A DNA stretch of 63,266 nt, the filler included, from Choristocarpus tenellus KU-1152 (lineage: Eukaryota; Protista; Phaeophyceae): the NCBI GenBank assembly GCA_964200185.2. It is 14 parts of 14 records of this genome, joined end to end, with 100 filler letters (N's around TTAATTAATTAA, not from the genome) between each part and the next. Parts side by side here need not be neighbours in the genome. Positions count along the whole stretch, not along the records: positions 35,038 to 40,377 come from CAXNAD020011097.1; positions 40,478 to 45,065 come from CAXNAD020013889.1; positions 45,166 to 49,201 come from CAXNAD020016553.1; 11 more parts are not named here. One strand, written 5' to 3'. Positions within the stretch are counted from its first letter, which is position 1. Every line of letters begins with the position of its first letter. Shown here one piece after another: positions 35,743 to 48,510 of the stretch. The notes beneath the pieces were generated by a model that was not told the origin of the DNA, made no database searches, and saw nothing but the letters and a program-made list of their open reading frames with translations. The position numbers were made by a program, and so were the translations under genes.

Positions 35743-38700
35743 CCTCCACCAGCACCTACTGCTGGAGATGAGGCTCAATCTCCGCCACCCAAGGAGGCCC
35801 AGCCTCCATCACCTAAATCTCAAGGAAGGGGGGGTATGAAGGAAGGTGCGGAGGGGAAAACAGCACAGGATGATGGTCCCGCCCCAGGGTTGCTTATCCT
35901 GGATGCTGTTATTGATCTGGAACAGATGGAGGTACACAAGGGTAGAGAGCTTGTGAAAGTTTGAGGAACAGTGCCTGTGCCAAATGGTCTGTGAAGTATG
36001 GGAAGTGTTTTTGGCATATCTAATGGGAGCAAATGGAATCATACAGCAGAACAGGTATAGTGTGTAGGATAAGGTATTCATGCAAGTCCAAGACCAAAGG
36101 GAATGAAAGCACAACACGAGTGTAATTGCATCCCGAGCTCTTGAAGTCTCACTGTCCATGTATGGGCCCAACAAGGCATTGTCATACTTTACTAGTACAT
36201 GGGCAACAACCCATCGATCATCTCCCACCTATGAATGAACCTTCCACACCACCTAACCTATCCACCCATCTATTATTTTCTACTAAATGCTCTAGCCATG
36301 ATTCCTAGGGTTCTGTTGATAACAGCTTACGTTGCACTGGTGCAAGGAAAGCACATCAAACTTAACTGGATAATTGCTGAGTGCAGTGAAACCCCTTGAT
36401 GTGATTAAAAAAAACCCATTTACATGTAGCCAGGAGTGTTGAACTGCTTATAGCAATACCCTTTTTGAACCCATTGCGGGCCTGCAAAATCTTGAATATC
36501 ATTATGGGATTATCTCTGGTTACCGAAATCATGTCTGATCCCCTATGTTGGGCACTCTGCTCTGAAATATTAGACTCTTCGGGGGGGGGGTTACCAATGA
36601 TCAAATCTACAGAATAAATACCTTTTTCTTCTGTGGCAATTTCATATTTGGCTATATAGTTTGTATTGCTTGAGTATTGCTCTAATTCCACGGGTACCAA
36701 AGATCCAAAGTATCTTAGAGGGTAGAGCTGCATCCATTTGGGGGGCAAAGTTCAATTGTACAATTTTGAGGTAATTTTGATGTAATTTTGACTATCATGT
36801 TCGTTAGGAGATGTCAATATCCTTGTTCTAGACAGAGTGAAAGTATCTTAGAGGGTGCGAATTTTGCCCTATTTGTCCATTTGGGGCTTGGTTTCCATTG
36901 GGGTTCGTATGACATTTTCCCACTCGAAAAAAATTCAGAGCAGGTAAAATGTATATGTTATAAAAAGGTGTGTCCAGAACAAGGATGTTGGCACTCCCTA
37001 ACAAACACGATAGCCAAAATTACATTGAAATCGCAACATTGGATTTTGGCTCCCAAATGGACGCGGCTCTACCGTCTAAGATACTTTGGCTCACACTTCT
37101 TTTCATTGCATATACATTTTACCTACTCTGAAACATTTTGGAGCAGGTAAAATGCAGTTAAAAACCCGTGGAAAGCCAAGGCCCAAATGGACAAACTGGG
37201 CATAATTCGTACCCTCGAAGATCCACTCAAAACCAGTATTCTTAATCTCAATTTTGCGAATTCTAAATGTGCTTTTTTATCACAATATTCAATCAGTAAA
37301 TCACTATCTACTCCAAAGTTAGTGGGTGGGGACAGTTGATAATATATGGCACATTTTGCCCCATTTGTAATAACCAATACCAACCAGTCCCAAAATAACT
37401 TGTGAAGAATTTAACTTCTGACAGTACATGCAAAAGTATATATTCAAGGGCATTTCGATTTCTTGGACATACCACCCAGTTTCCCTTATAAAATATTCAA
37501 CGCTCTCCTCTCCCCTCTCACACTCGGATCCCACCCTTGAACTGGCATTGCTGTGGCCTCCACCATGCTTCTTTTGCACCCAAACGTCCTCAGTTTTAAC
37601 TCTGCCCTTCCCTTCTCAAGCTAATCCTACTCTCTTGCCACCCTGAATTTTAGGTACCCCCAGAGCTCAGCTCTGACCTTCCCTACTACTTTTCCCCAAC
37701 TCCAGAACGTGTGGAACATTTCAACCCTTGCCCGTCTGTTCCAACGATCTCGACCAATTCTTTGAGCAGTATTGTGGGTTCTGACATGGGTACCGATGAT
37801 AGAGATGGAAAAATGTGAGATCTCCTCCTGGATCAGTTTCTACCGTTCATAGGACGGGCTCCTCCTGCTTTTTCCCCTTTTGAGCAAAGAGAGTATAGGA
37901 AGTGGAGGAGTAGTGTATGTTTTGTCATTCAATGACTGGTGCTGCTATGTTCACCTACAAGTGTTGTCATAAATTCTTGCCTCTGGTTTTGAATATACAC
38001 TTGAAACATTAATAGCGAACACTAATGGAAACATTGAAAGCAAAGTCATAAACACAATGAAATGCTTGCACCAATAGAACGGCCTCATAGTCACATGCAG
38101 TCAAGTTTTTGCATTTTCTTGCTTGCTTCAGCGTAGTGTTCACCATGAGTAGGAATCCCCCATGCCTCGATTGTAACAGGATACAGTATCATTGCCGAGG
38201 TTTCAGTCGTGGATATCTGAGAAGCAGAAGGAAATCTCATACCCATGACTTATTTTGCAGTCGTGGTTTGGTCTATGACAAATATCGATACAGCTCCAAA
38301 TCAATACATGATGCCAAAATATATTGAACAGTCCAAGACATGTCAGAAACCCTCCTGCATACTCAATTTAGTATGGTATTATTGTAGGGGAATAATCCCA
38401 ACATTTATGAATCATGTAAACTTGATGAGACCACCAGATGATTGCTGCCTGTCACACTAGGAGTTTTACTGGTTGTATCATTGTCAATTCCCATCCCCAT
38501 ACATTAAACATGGAGATAGTACAACTCTGTTCGACCTGACACCAGTATGCACTCGATCTCTTTTCAGAGATATTTTGGGTACAGTTAAAGTGTGGTCAAC
38601 ATTTTTAACTTTTTTGCCTTATTTCATCCAGGCATCCACCAGAGACCCCTGAATTGGATTTGCCAGCACAAACCAAGGAGTCTGCTGGTACTCCTTCTGC

Positions 38701-39738
38701 TCCACCCCCACTCCAATGGTGGCTTGAGATTATCAGTGCAAGAGAGGTAAGCAGCAATGAAAATGCCACTGATCATTTGAATAAATGCTCAGGTACTTTT
38801 GCCTGTCACTGTTCCCATTGGGAGTCATCCAAATGTTTCTCAGAACAATGAGACATGGTATACAAGACTGTATACAGAGAAGAACTCCAACTTGCAAAAA
38901 TTGTTCTTGTAACGTCTCCATCTGTCAAGATAAATTCATGCTCAACTTGTTTGGGAAAGTGTGCCTCATTTGGAGACTTGTAAGGCCTTTTGAAAGTATT
39001 AGAGAGAAGTCTGAAGTGTATGACTGTAAAATAGAGCATAAAACATGGACCATAATACGAGCAGTTTGCCCCTTCATGGTGAACAGTGGGGGTAATCAAG
39101 GCAACCAACATCGGTGTAGAGTGTTCAAAACTGTATTACAGGGGCGATGATTTATAATCTCAGGCGCCTTGTACGCTAGTGGGCAACTCAGCACATCATG
39201 GCTTGACCTGAATCTTTCATTTTCCCTCCAAATAATCTCTAGCTCTGCCATGATCAAGAGATACCACAGCTTCTCAAACAACTCATTTGCTCATCACACG
39301 CTCTTTGTTTTGCACCCCTCACATTTGCATGAGATGAAGAAATAATGGCAGAGAAACTACAAAACTCAAAGTTTATACACTATCAAATATCATATGCACC
39401 ACCAAAAATGTGTTTTGCGCCAATAATGTCTAGGTGAGCCTTGCCCACGACACAGCCCGTGTTGATGCCGAAAAGGAGACTATCTCATCCTGGGAGGCGG
39501 CTGAGGCAGGTCGATCAGAGAGGGCTGCTGTATTATGGCAGCAGATGCAGGTGCTCAAGAGCAACAAGTTGTCTGGCACCCTGAGCTCAACGGCGAAGCC
39601 AGTGGAGGTTGAAGGGGGGAAGGAAGATGGAACAATGAGCACCTTGAAGGAAGAAGCCCCAGGTGGCGAGCAGTGGCTAAGGATTCGGGCAGAGGCTCTA
39701 CAAATTCCAGTAGAGCTGGAGGCGGAGAGGGAGAGATT
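35743..39738 (+). CDS. Androglobin-like protein, C-terminal region (exons 35743-35931, 37654-37814, 38632-38746, 39434-39738)
   Basis: Four GT-AG exons with matching phases (0, 2, 0). The spliced peptide LQWWLEIISAREVSLAHDTARVDAEKETISSWEAAEAGRSERA resembles the conserved androglobin C-terminal W-x-L..DT-x-R-x-D..W-E-xx-E-x-GR motif. The exon structure is firmer than the family call. Confidence 0.6.
36702..37228 (+). mobile_element. MITE family A outer copy, TSD AAA
   Basis: GATCCAAAGTATCTTAGAGGGTA ... CGTACCCTCGAAGATCCACTC with AAA on both sides. Interrupted by an inner copy. Confidence 0.85.
36835..37092 (-). mobile_element. MITE family A inner copy (258 bp), inverted, TSD ACA
   Basis: GAGTGAAAGTATCTTAGAGGGTG ... 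TACCGTCTAAGATACTTTGGCTC with ACA at 36832-36834 and 37093-37095. Confidence 0.88.
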
Positions 39739-40135
39739 GTGAGGCTTGAAAGAAACTGGTCCTTATTGACGGGTTTAGTATGAGACAGAAGTGTAGTCTT
39801 TTACAATCTTTATGCTACTGCAACTTGACCATGCCTGACACCAGTGTCGAGAGGGAGAGACAAATTTAGCAATATCCTCACAGGTCATCATGTTGTGTTA
39901 CCTTCAGGCTGGGAACAATCGAAGATCGAGGGAGTAGATAGTACTATCCGAAAAGCGACTATTCAGCGATAGAATTACCTATCTGTGTCATTGAGCCAAT
40001 TGGATGGAGTCACTGTTTTCCGTCTACCCCTAATCAGTATTGGTACAACTCTTGAATGTTGCACTTTCGCTACACTTGGAAGGCCAAGAATCCCCCCCTG
40101 TACTTCGATCTGTGTGGTCACATAAATGAACTAGA

Positions 40136-40377
40136 GAGTGAAAGTATCTTAGAGGGTACGAATTTTGCCCTGTTTGTCCATTTGGGGCTTGGCTTCTCAT
40201 GGGTTTTTTTATGACATTTTCCTACTCCAAAATGTTGAGGAGTAGATAAAGTGTATATCTTATGAAAAGGTGTGTCTGAAACATAGATATTGACACTTCC
40301 TAACAAACACGATAGCCAAAATTACGTCAAAATCGCAAAATTATATTTTGACCCCCAAATGGATGCAGCTCTACCCT
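40136..40377 (-). mobile_element. MITE family A copy truncated by the contig end
   Basis: GAGTGAAAGTATCTTAGAGGGTACG ... CCCAAATGGATGCAGCTCTACCCT. Confidence 0.86.
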
Positions 40378-42069
40378 NNNNNNNNNNNNNNNNNNNNNNN
40401 NNNNNNNNNNNNNNNNNNNNNTTAATTAATTAANNNNNNNNNNNNNNNNNNNNNNNNNNNNNNNNNNNNNNNNNNNNGGTACCCTAACCTGGCTATGTGG
40501 GTTTCGCTACCAGCACAAAGCAGCAAGTTCATGGGGTGGGGGGGGGGGGATGTATATCATGAGTGTGTCATAAGCAACCTCTGACACCAGTGCAATAGGC
40601 TGTTGGGGGAGGGGAAGGAGAACGTGGGGGGGGAAGAAACAGGTACATAAACTAGGAGACGGAAGTCAACCTCAATCAGTATCAACAGACACCAGTTAAT
40701 AACAGCCCAATTGGCATCAAACATGGCAATGCTAGAGGTGTGCATTGGTGCCACCATTGACAGTTCAGTTGACCAACTCTTCTAATTGGATACCTTCATT
40801 GCCTACTTCAGTCGCTGCAATAAGATTAAATCAAATCAGAATTAATCCAAACCAAAAATTGAGGAGCAAGTTCATTATCGGAAATATTTCACGGTGCCCT
40901 CTGGTTCACACAGCATACACCTTTCAATTACAATAGAGCACATGGAAAGTTTTCCAATCCGATTTAACTTAATGCTCAGAAATACTTTCCACTCAAAACA
41001 CCATATATCAAGACTATACTGTACAACTTTAGACCCACAATCAAATATTATTATTACTACTATTATGTGTAGTATCATTATTGCATATTGTTGGGTGCAG
41101 TATAAATGAACAACCAACCTCCATTTCAGATTCAGACCCTCCTAGCACTCAACTTAGATACTATCTCCAATCTCCTGACAGCATCAACACCGGCACTGCT
41201 TTAATCCATCTATCCAAACGCTGATGACAAGTCCATAAACACTACAATTCCGGGAAGGATTTGTGACAATGACCACAAAAACCTACCAGCCAAAACAAAA
41301 AAGTGCCAAGTTTCCTATTTGTTCCATCACAAATCCCTCTAAAAATTAAAAAATTAAAACCAAAAAAAGTGTGAGAGATTGACAACACTTCCAGGCGTTG
41401 GTTGAGTCAACTGGCAACACAATTATGAACCAATCCAATCACCAGGATCAGAGAAAAGCAGGTTGGGGCTGATAACTTATCATTTTCTTCCCAGTCCAAA
41501 GTATGGAAGGAAGCATGGAGTAAGTAATCTCGATCACACCTTACTGCAGCTAGAGCACTCTCCGGGGCAATGCAATGCATGCACCACAAGTCAACAGACG
41601 CCAATTTAAAATCCCAGTCCTCCATCTCTTCCATACCACAGAGATAATTCTCCTCCTTTCAAAGAAGATTATTTGTACTCCTCAGCACCTTTCTGGAGCG
41701 GTTGCTGTTGTCACAGGTACAGGACTTAACACTCAACACCTGTCTGACTGGCAACCCTAACCCTAAAAAGAAATAAGTGGAAACCTCTTCTTGAACGCCG
41801 CAACTAACACGCCTGATCCATCATTCTCCCCTGGGAAAAAAAATAAACTGCAGGTAGAAGGCACTCCAGTTGTCCTCATCACACTAAACCAACAATACAA
41901 GTTACTTACTCACCAATCACCAGTCTATGGAACCTCATTTTTTTTTTAACTAGAAAAAAAACAAAGAAGCCCAGAGCGCTACAGAACGATACACAGAAGC
42001 ACTGCAGATAAAAATATATAGCTAGTATATGGGCTTTCACATCTTGCAGCAGTGTCTTGACTCACTCAC

Positions 42070-44728
42070 CCACAAAGCAAACAGAACTGCAGCACATAGG
42101 CAACCAGCAGGATCCTCCTCCAAGCAGAGGGTACAGTCCGTATATGCTCGAGAGCAAAGAGCATCAAACACAATATGTCCAACCTGCCAAAGTCAGAGGT
42201 CACAAAAGCTATCACACAGGCACTGTCTATCCTCCAGGTATCAAGTCTCAGTTGACACTTTTTTTTTTAAATCACAGGATGGCACATACATATTTTTTTA
42301 GCATGGACTGACTTCCCCCCTCCTCCTACACTGCACAGTACCGCCTACCTTGGTAATAGAAAAACAGAAAGAAGAGCACAAATAAAAAAGTGGGGACAAC
42401 ACTTCAGTTCACAGCTGTGCCCAGCACGAACTACGCCAAACCACTCCGCCTCCCCATAACTTGGAACAGTAAGATGTGGTAGCGATATACAAGACAAAGA
42501 CATGGTTTGCACACAAGTATTCAAGAGCTAAAATAATAAAAACAATTTCATGACAAAAATAAAATAAAAATGGGATAAAACAGGAAAAGGAAAAAAAAAG
42601 GAGTCAGGTGGCGTACTGCAGACTGCACCCCATCAACATTGAGAATAGCACTAGCACTGCATGCATAGCATGTAGTATAGAGGTCATGTAGGTAATGAAT
42701 AGCCACAGTTATGAATTGAATCAAACAAAGGCTTTACAATACTAATTGTACGAGTATTCACTCATACTATAGTCATGTCACCACAACTACAACTAACAAC
42801 CAATAATAATATCAATACTTATTACTAGTAACAACCAACAGCCAAAAATAACAATACTAACATCCCTGCTATCACTAATAACAACCAACCAATAACAACA
42901 ATAATAATAAATATAAAAAAACTTAACCAAGGCCCTCATCACCACCTTTGCTAATAAAAAAACTACATGACGCAAAAGATTACACTTCAATACAACACCA
43001 ATAAAAAATAGCAGGTTTTATAATGAACAAAACAAAATAAGTAAAAACGAATCATCTTATTGGTACAAAAAGTAAAAAGTAAAAAGTAAAAAAAAGGATT
43101 GTGATCAGCGTCTTGCACTGTACCTCCTCAGGTGCCTGTGTTTCCACAAGAACTTGTGGGAGTAGGTCAGTTGGGTGCTGCATCTGCAGGTCAAACCCTC
43201 GGGACAGGAGTATCTTGTATTCATAGTTGATCACCTGCAACCAAAAATTGGCATGAGAGAACCAACCAAGGCGTATTTCAGAGGCACTACAAGGCAATAA
43301 CCAGTATCACTATATGGCTGAAGGCATAAAGATATATTATGTTACAATGTAAATATCAATATGCTTCAAACGGAGTATTTCACAGATCTGACTCACATCA
43401 ACACACATCAGCACACATCAACACACTTTACAACAATAAAGATCAGACATATGGGAGAAGCGTGAGATGTAAAAAGACACACAATGCCACTACACAGTAC
43501 GATGCAATAATGAAAAAAACATACTAGAAAAAAATAATAATGTACTCGCTTGGCAGTGTGAAGTAAGTATGAAAGTCATTTATAGGAACAGAAATAATAT
43601 AAGTGAAACAGTTTTTCTTTTTTAAATTAATCACCAGCATGTACTATTGGAGACAAAAAAGATAAAAGAGGTCACAGAACGTAAGGTGGGCAGTGCCCCT
43701 GACCACCTGTAGGGCCTAGGTAGGGTCGAGCTAAGTGGTTCCTCAGCCCAGGACAAAGTGAGAAATAAGAAAAATATGTAGCAAGACAGTGTGAACAATA
43801 ATTACTACTATCTGGGATAATAATAAGAACCATATGTAGCGAGAAAATGAGAATAATAATTGCTACTAAGAAGTATAATAAGAATGATATGGTAACAAAG
43901 TGATTTGAAGCAAGAAATTTCTTTAAAATCGCCTCATTTTTTTTGTTTGATGCCCTACATACAAACTTGTCAAAACCTTTCCACAGCACTCTTCACCCTG
44001 TAGCATCCACATGACCCTCACTTCTCTATTTCCTTTGTGTACCTGGAGCCTGACAGCCACAAGGCATACATATCATAATTACGGGCCATAGCATCCTCTC
44101 AAACCAGGAAATAACTGTTTCGTCTCCAGGGGGAATAAATTTCATCAGGGGACAATAAAAATAACTCAATACTGCACACCTTTCACCAAAAATATTTAAT
44201 AATAATATTTAATTTAAAAGTGGATAATTCTTCAAACAAGAAAAAAAACACAAGACACCATTGATATATATGTATGTATATATATATACATATACACACA
44301 CACAACGGCAGCAGCATGTACTCTCCATTGTGCACACGAGACCCCTAAAAAAAGGAAAAAACTGACCTAGCAAAACCCCAAAATGGACATGTAGTACACC
44401 TTCACCAAATTCAAATTCAATTGTCCTCCAACCCAATCAACACTCCATTTCACAACCATCAAGACTTACCTCCTGCTTGGTGGGCATCTTGCCAAGGGGG
44501 AAGATGACGCTCTCAAACGGAGGCAAGTTGGGCTGCAATCGGTCCATGAGACCAACGAGACGATCCAGCTTTGCATTGCAATCCTCCGCCTTGGAGGCCG
44601 CCAGCAGACATGCCAGACACACTGCAGGCAGGTCCTGTCGGGGAAAGCTCAGCCCAGGCGCCGACAGCCCGCACCATTGGTAGTGATGGAACAAGTGGAG
44701 CGCCGTGAGCATCACGCGCACTGGAAAA
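42070..44728 (-). CDS. Transcriptional-type cyclin (K/L/T-like), internal exons 44728-44470, 43234-43124, 42183-42070
   Basis: TALHLFHHY..VCLACLLAASKAED (cyclin N-box), VINYEYKILLSRGFDLQMQHP, DCTLCLEEDPAGCLCAAVLFAL (C-box). Phase-0 GT-AG junctions. Confidence 0.8.
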
Positions 44729-45656
44729 CTGAGAGAGGCGTTTGACCACAAGTACAAAAAAAAAAAAAAAAGAAAAAAAAAGAAAGCCGGCACGCACAGC
44801 ACATTGTTTGTACACAGCAAACACGTAGTGAAGGAGGGCAGGGAGAGTTGGGCATTGAGTTGTGAGATGGGACCAGACAGACTGGAAAGATAGAGGGGGG
44901 GGGCTTGTGAATGGGCTGGTGGTGGGGGAAATGGGAGTGTTAAAAAAGGAGGTGTGAATGGGACCAGACAAGCAGGTCACAAACATCTTGATCGATGCTT
45001 TGTTGGGGGGGGGGGGGTCGGAAAAGATAACTGCACTAGGAGGACTCTTGAAACGTGTCGCTCCGNNNNNNNNNNNNNNNNNNNNNNNNNNNNNNNNNNN
45101 NNNNNNNNNTTAATTAATTAANNNNNNNNNNNNNNNNNNNNNNNNNNNNNNNNNNNNNNNNNNNNGCAACATAGGGATCAACATAGTGAGACAATAAACA
45201 GAAAACGACACAAAAATCAAGGGGAAGGGGATGAAGTTATGGCTAACTTTAGGGTTTAAGGCTCAAGGCTCAATAAATGCTGCTGGGCGGTGATTAAAAA
45301 GAGCAGTGAAAATTCTGTCTTGTGCTCACCCCAAATAAGTTTCCTTCACCCTATCTAGTGAAATATAGAGCCATGCGCACAAGAATGAAGGTATATTACA
45401 CCTCTTTAGGCATGAAGAACAAGCCAGCATAACCGCTGTAGATCTACAATTGTCATCTTTGATTTATTACTCTCTTCGTACAAGTTCTTACATAGCCCTA
45501 ACCCTAGAGATACACACCTCACTCCAACCTACCCATCTAGTACAGGTAGGGTGAGGGTTGCAAACGAAGGGAATCGGAAAAAGACCAAAAGAAAAAAATG
45601 ACATAGAGCGAAACAGAATCGCGACCGGACCGAGAGACTACATGATCAAGGCTTAC

Positions 45657-46988
45657 CATGGTAGCCTTCCCGACTGGGGACATGGAGAGCAGTCCGCATC
45701 AATCCATTTTGGGCATTGACATTAGATCCTTGGTCGATCAGGAGTCGGCATAGGTGAGGTTGGTTGGACTCGGCGGCAAAGTGAAGAGGTAGGTTTTTCT
45801 CCTTGTCTGCAACATTTATATTAGCTCCCCCACTTTCAAGCAATATCTTTACTGCCTCAACGTGCCCTCTGCATTTTCCACATTTTTGTACACAAAGGTT
45901 GAAGGTAGGCATCAGGATTATCGAAACTATTGACGGCTGGTTTCATCCAGAGAAGGCGTTGTTGGTTTCAGTGTTTATATACATCAATTTGACACCCAAG
46001 TTGTTGAGATTGCCATACATGTTTGCAAACTACCCAGGGAAGAACGAAAAGGTCATGAAAAAATGGACGAAAGGTTTGGCTCACACCGACTCCCAGTCTT
46101 ATCATTTGCATTGTGTTGGGTTTGCTCAAGGCACAGAGCGAAAAGGGCAGGGGGAGAGAACATGTGAACCACGAGGTTGCATGCAATGTAGAAATACAGG
46201 ACTGCGCTGGGGCCTCCATCTCATTCAAAAATGACGACCTCAAAGGACAAGATCAAAGGCGGCAGTGCAGAGCGATAAGAGTAAATGTATACAATAAGGA
46301 TCCCAGAGTGACTGGTAAGCAGGAACCACGGATGTTGTCGTTGACATCAAGCAGACCAGGACCCACAGAGAATACTTACCACAGGCTACCTATACTGGGC
46401 GGAAGCATACAACCTCGACTGTCAAAGGGTTTACCATGAAAGGAAAAGAATTAAACTCACTTGAAGCACGCCCAATGCAAAGGTGTTCTTCCTAGCTCGT
46501 CGCTTTTGTTGACATTTCCACCCTGTCGTACAAAGCTGGGGTACGTGGTGGGACATGGATATACCGTAGTTCAAAATTTGGTCCCTAACCTTGGACATCC
46601 AGCAACCTTATCAGTCGAAGTCATTCCATGGAAAGGTACAACGACACCCTATTTCCCCAGCTACGTGCGGTGAACACCTCCTCAACAGTGGTACTAGGTT
46701 TTCAAGTGTCATTTTCTTGAGGTTGAGTGTGTGACGCCTGCACAACAATGTTCGCAATTTCAGAAGCTTAACACTGGCAGTTCAAATTTGAATGGAATAG
46801 AACGGCTCACCGTTCGTCTAACGCACTGGTCTAGTTGAGATAAAACATACAACGGGCACCTATTACCCAAATATGGACTGAATGATGGCTACAGGAGACC
46901 AAAGCTACCTTTGCAACACCTCGGTCTTCCCCAACTTTGCACCATCCAAAACATCAATATCCCCTGAGCGTGATCCACATGCACCCAT
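45657..46988 (-). CDS. Ankyrin-repeat protein with an N-terminal MGACGS acylation motif (exons 46988-46909, 46535-46461, 45868-45657; 3' end missing)
   Basis: Spliced peptide MGACGSRS..EVLQSFVRQGGNVNKSDELGRTPLHWACFKGHVEAVKILLESGGANINVADKEKNLPLHFAA..GSNVNAQNGLMRTALH. Phase-2 junctions are consistent. Confidence 0.85.
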
Positions 46989-47989
46989 GGGACCCGCCCC
47001 CTTCGTCCTCCTTGATCAAAGTCCCAGTCTGATTCCCTACTCCAACGTCCTGTTGTTGGTTTCAACAGTCAAATTCGGACCCTGTCTGTCAGTTAGTAAG
47101 GGTGTGGAAAATGGACAGGGAACGTTGGAGATGTATTTTGGAAGAAATACAAAAACCTCACGTAAATGTTTGGACAAAGATGATTTGCGAATTATAGACA
47201 CATTCTTCTTTTCAGTTTTCACAATTATATTGTGTAGAGAAATCGGAAGTACGCAATTAGAGAGGGGAGTTGAGAACAAAACTCTTCTCAAAATGTCCCA
47301 AATCCTGAGATAAACCTTCAAACGAACGAAAAAGTGGCTTTCTGGTTCGAAAATATTGCTGACTAACTACTACTAGTATTTATTAATTTCCCCATGGTAC
47401 AATACATACCAATGGATCTTTATGAAATATGCGCATCATGTAAAATGCTCAAAACACCTTTCAGCTTCACATGCATTGGATCGAAGATAGATCAGTGACG
47501 TAGTTTCATCTCGCCCACGCCGCTGAGGTGAAGACCCCCACCTGTAAACGCACTGTGGAGAGAAAAATAAAAACCTGTGAAAGCTCTGTCTCATCCTTTC
47601 ATCGTGTGTCCCAATCAATAGCACACTGGCTGTTCCCAGTAGGCCAATAAGGACCTTGAGGAACGTTGTGAAGGTGATGGTGATCTCTCCTCTGCCTTAG
47701 TGGTAGGCTATTCCTCACAAGCACCTACGAGGGTTGCATACTGCGATGAAAGTAGAATGAACTGTACACACTGTGGCATATGATGTCATATACACTTGAT
47801 GATTATGGAGTGGTACACAATGGTCGCCACTCCTGCCTTGCTGCGAGGCATATTCTTGCTATCATCCATGAGTGGGAGCTTTGAAGAATAAGATCAACTT
47901 ACGCCCAATAGTCTGGGTGAACGTGTGAACAAACTACTGAAGGAGATGCTCGATATAATGAAGTGGATAAAATAGGAACAATAACATTA

Positions 47990-48510
47990 ACGAGGATGTC
48001 TCCCTTATCCTGTTGAGAAGTCGTACCTACTCCAGTGGACTTCCTGACGAAAGATGAATTTTCAAATTCCCAGATACTGTGAGGAGTGCTGATGAGATCT
48101 TCCTCGTCCATAGCTAAAAACTTGCTTCTGACAAGACTTTGCTCAACACAGATCCAGGCACTTTGGACTATCTTTGCCACATATTTGGCGTTGATAAAGA
48201 CAGATCAGTTTGGTCATATAGTATCGTACATGATGGACTTCGTTATGAATGCTTGGGGAGGAGGGGGGATGGACTGGAGAAACGAGTACCCCGCTTCCCC
48301 AGGTTCAACAAAGTCATCAATGGTGCCTGTCACTTCGCTCATAAGGAGAAGCATGTTGCAACGCAGATGTTGTTTAAACACCTTACCTGCTAAAATAGGC
48401 ATATTCCCACGATGCCATATATTTGTTAGGCTGTTGTGAGCGAGTTTTCTTCCCAAATTTTTCACATCACCTCTCACATACTGCACTATGTGTGCTATGT
48501 TAATCAAACG
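47990..48510 (-). mobile_element. Degenerate LINE 3' region (zf-RVT-like)
   Basis: VKNLGRKLAHNSLT..C..TIDDF and LAKIVQSAWI..EEDLIS..SIWE resemble L1-type ORF2 C-termini. Contains frameshifts and stops. Confidence 0.45.

Larger units (their letters stand above)
36362..37383 (-). pseudogene. Decayed class I SAM-dependent methyltransferase (YabB/YfiC/TrmM-like), intronless, split by nested MITEs, antisense within an intron
   Basis: Removing 36702-37228 plus one AAA TSD joins ORFs 37123-37383 and 36362-36748 in frame. Motif order: IYYQLSPPTNFGVDSDLL, RILVL(GTRG in the adjacent frame), YEI, SVDLIIGNPP(P), KILQARNG. Confidence 0.4.

Noticed and set aside
37690-39300. Possible DIRS/tyrosine-recombinase or LINE RNase H relic on the minus strand
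   Set aside because: The motif matches were weak, and the region is explained by phase-compatible plus-strand exons (37654-37814, 38632-38746) and ordinary introns.
40557-41960. Further downstream cyclin exons
   Set aside because: One candidate (~40670-40780) is plausible, but I could not build a phase-consistent, stop-free path with confidence.
46678-46693. 16-nt microexon in the ankyrin gene
   Set aside because: The acceptor at 46535 gives a better ankyrin consensus (VLQSFVRQGGNVN) without needing it.
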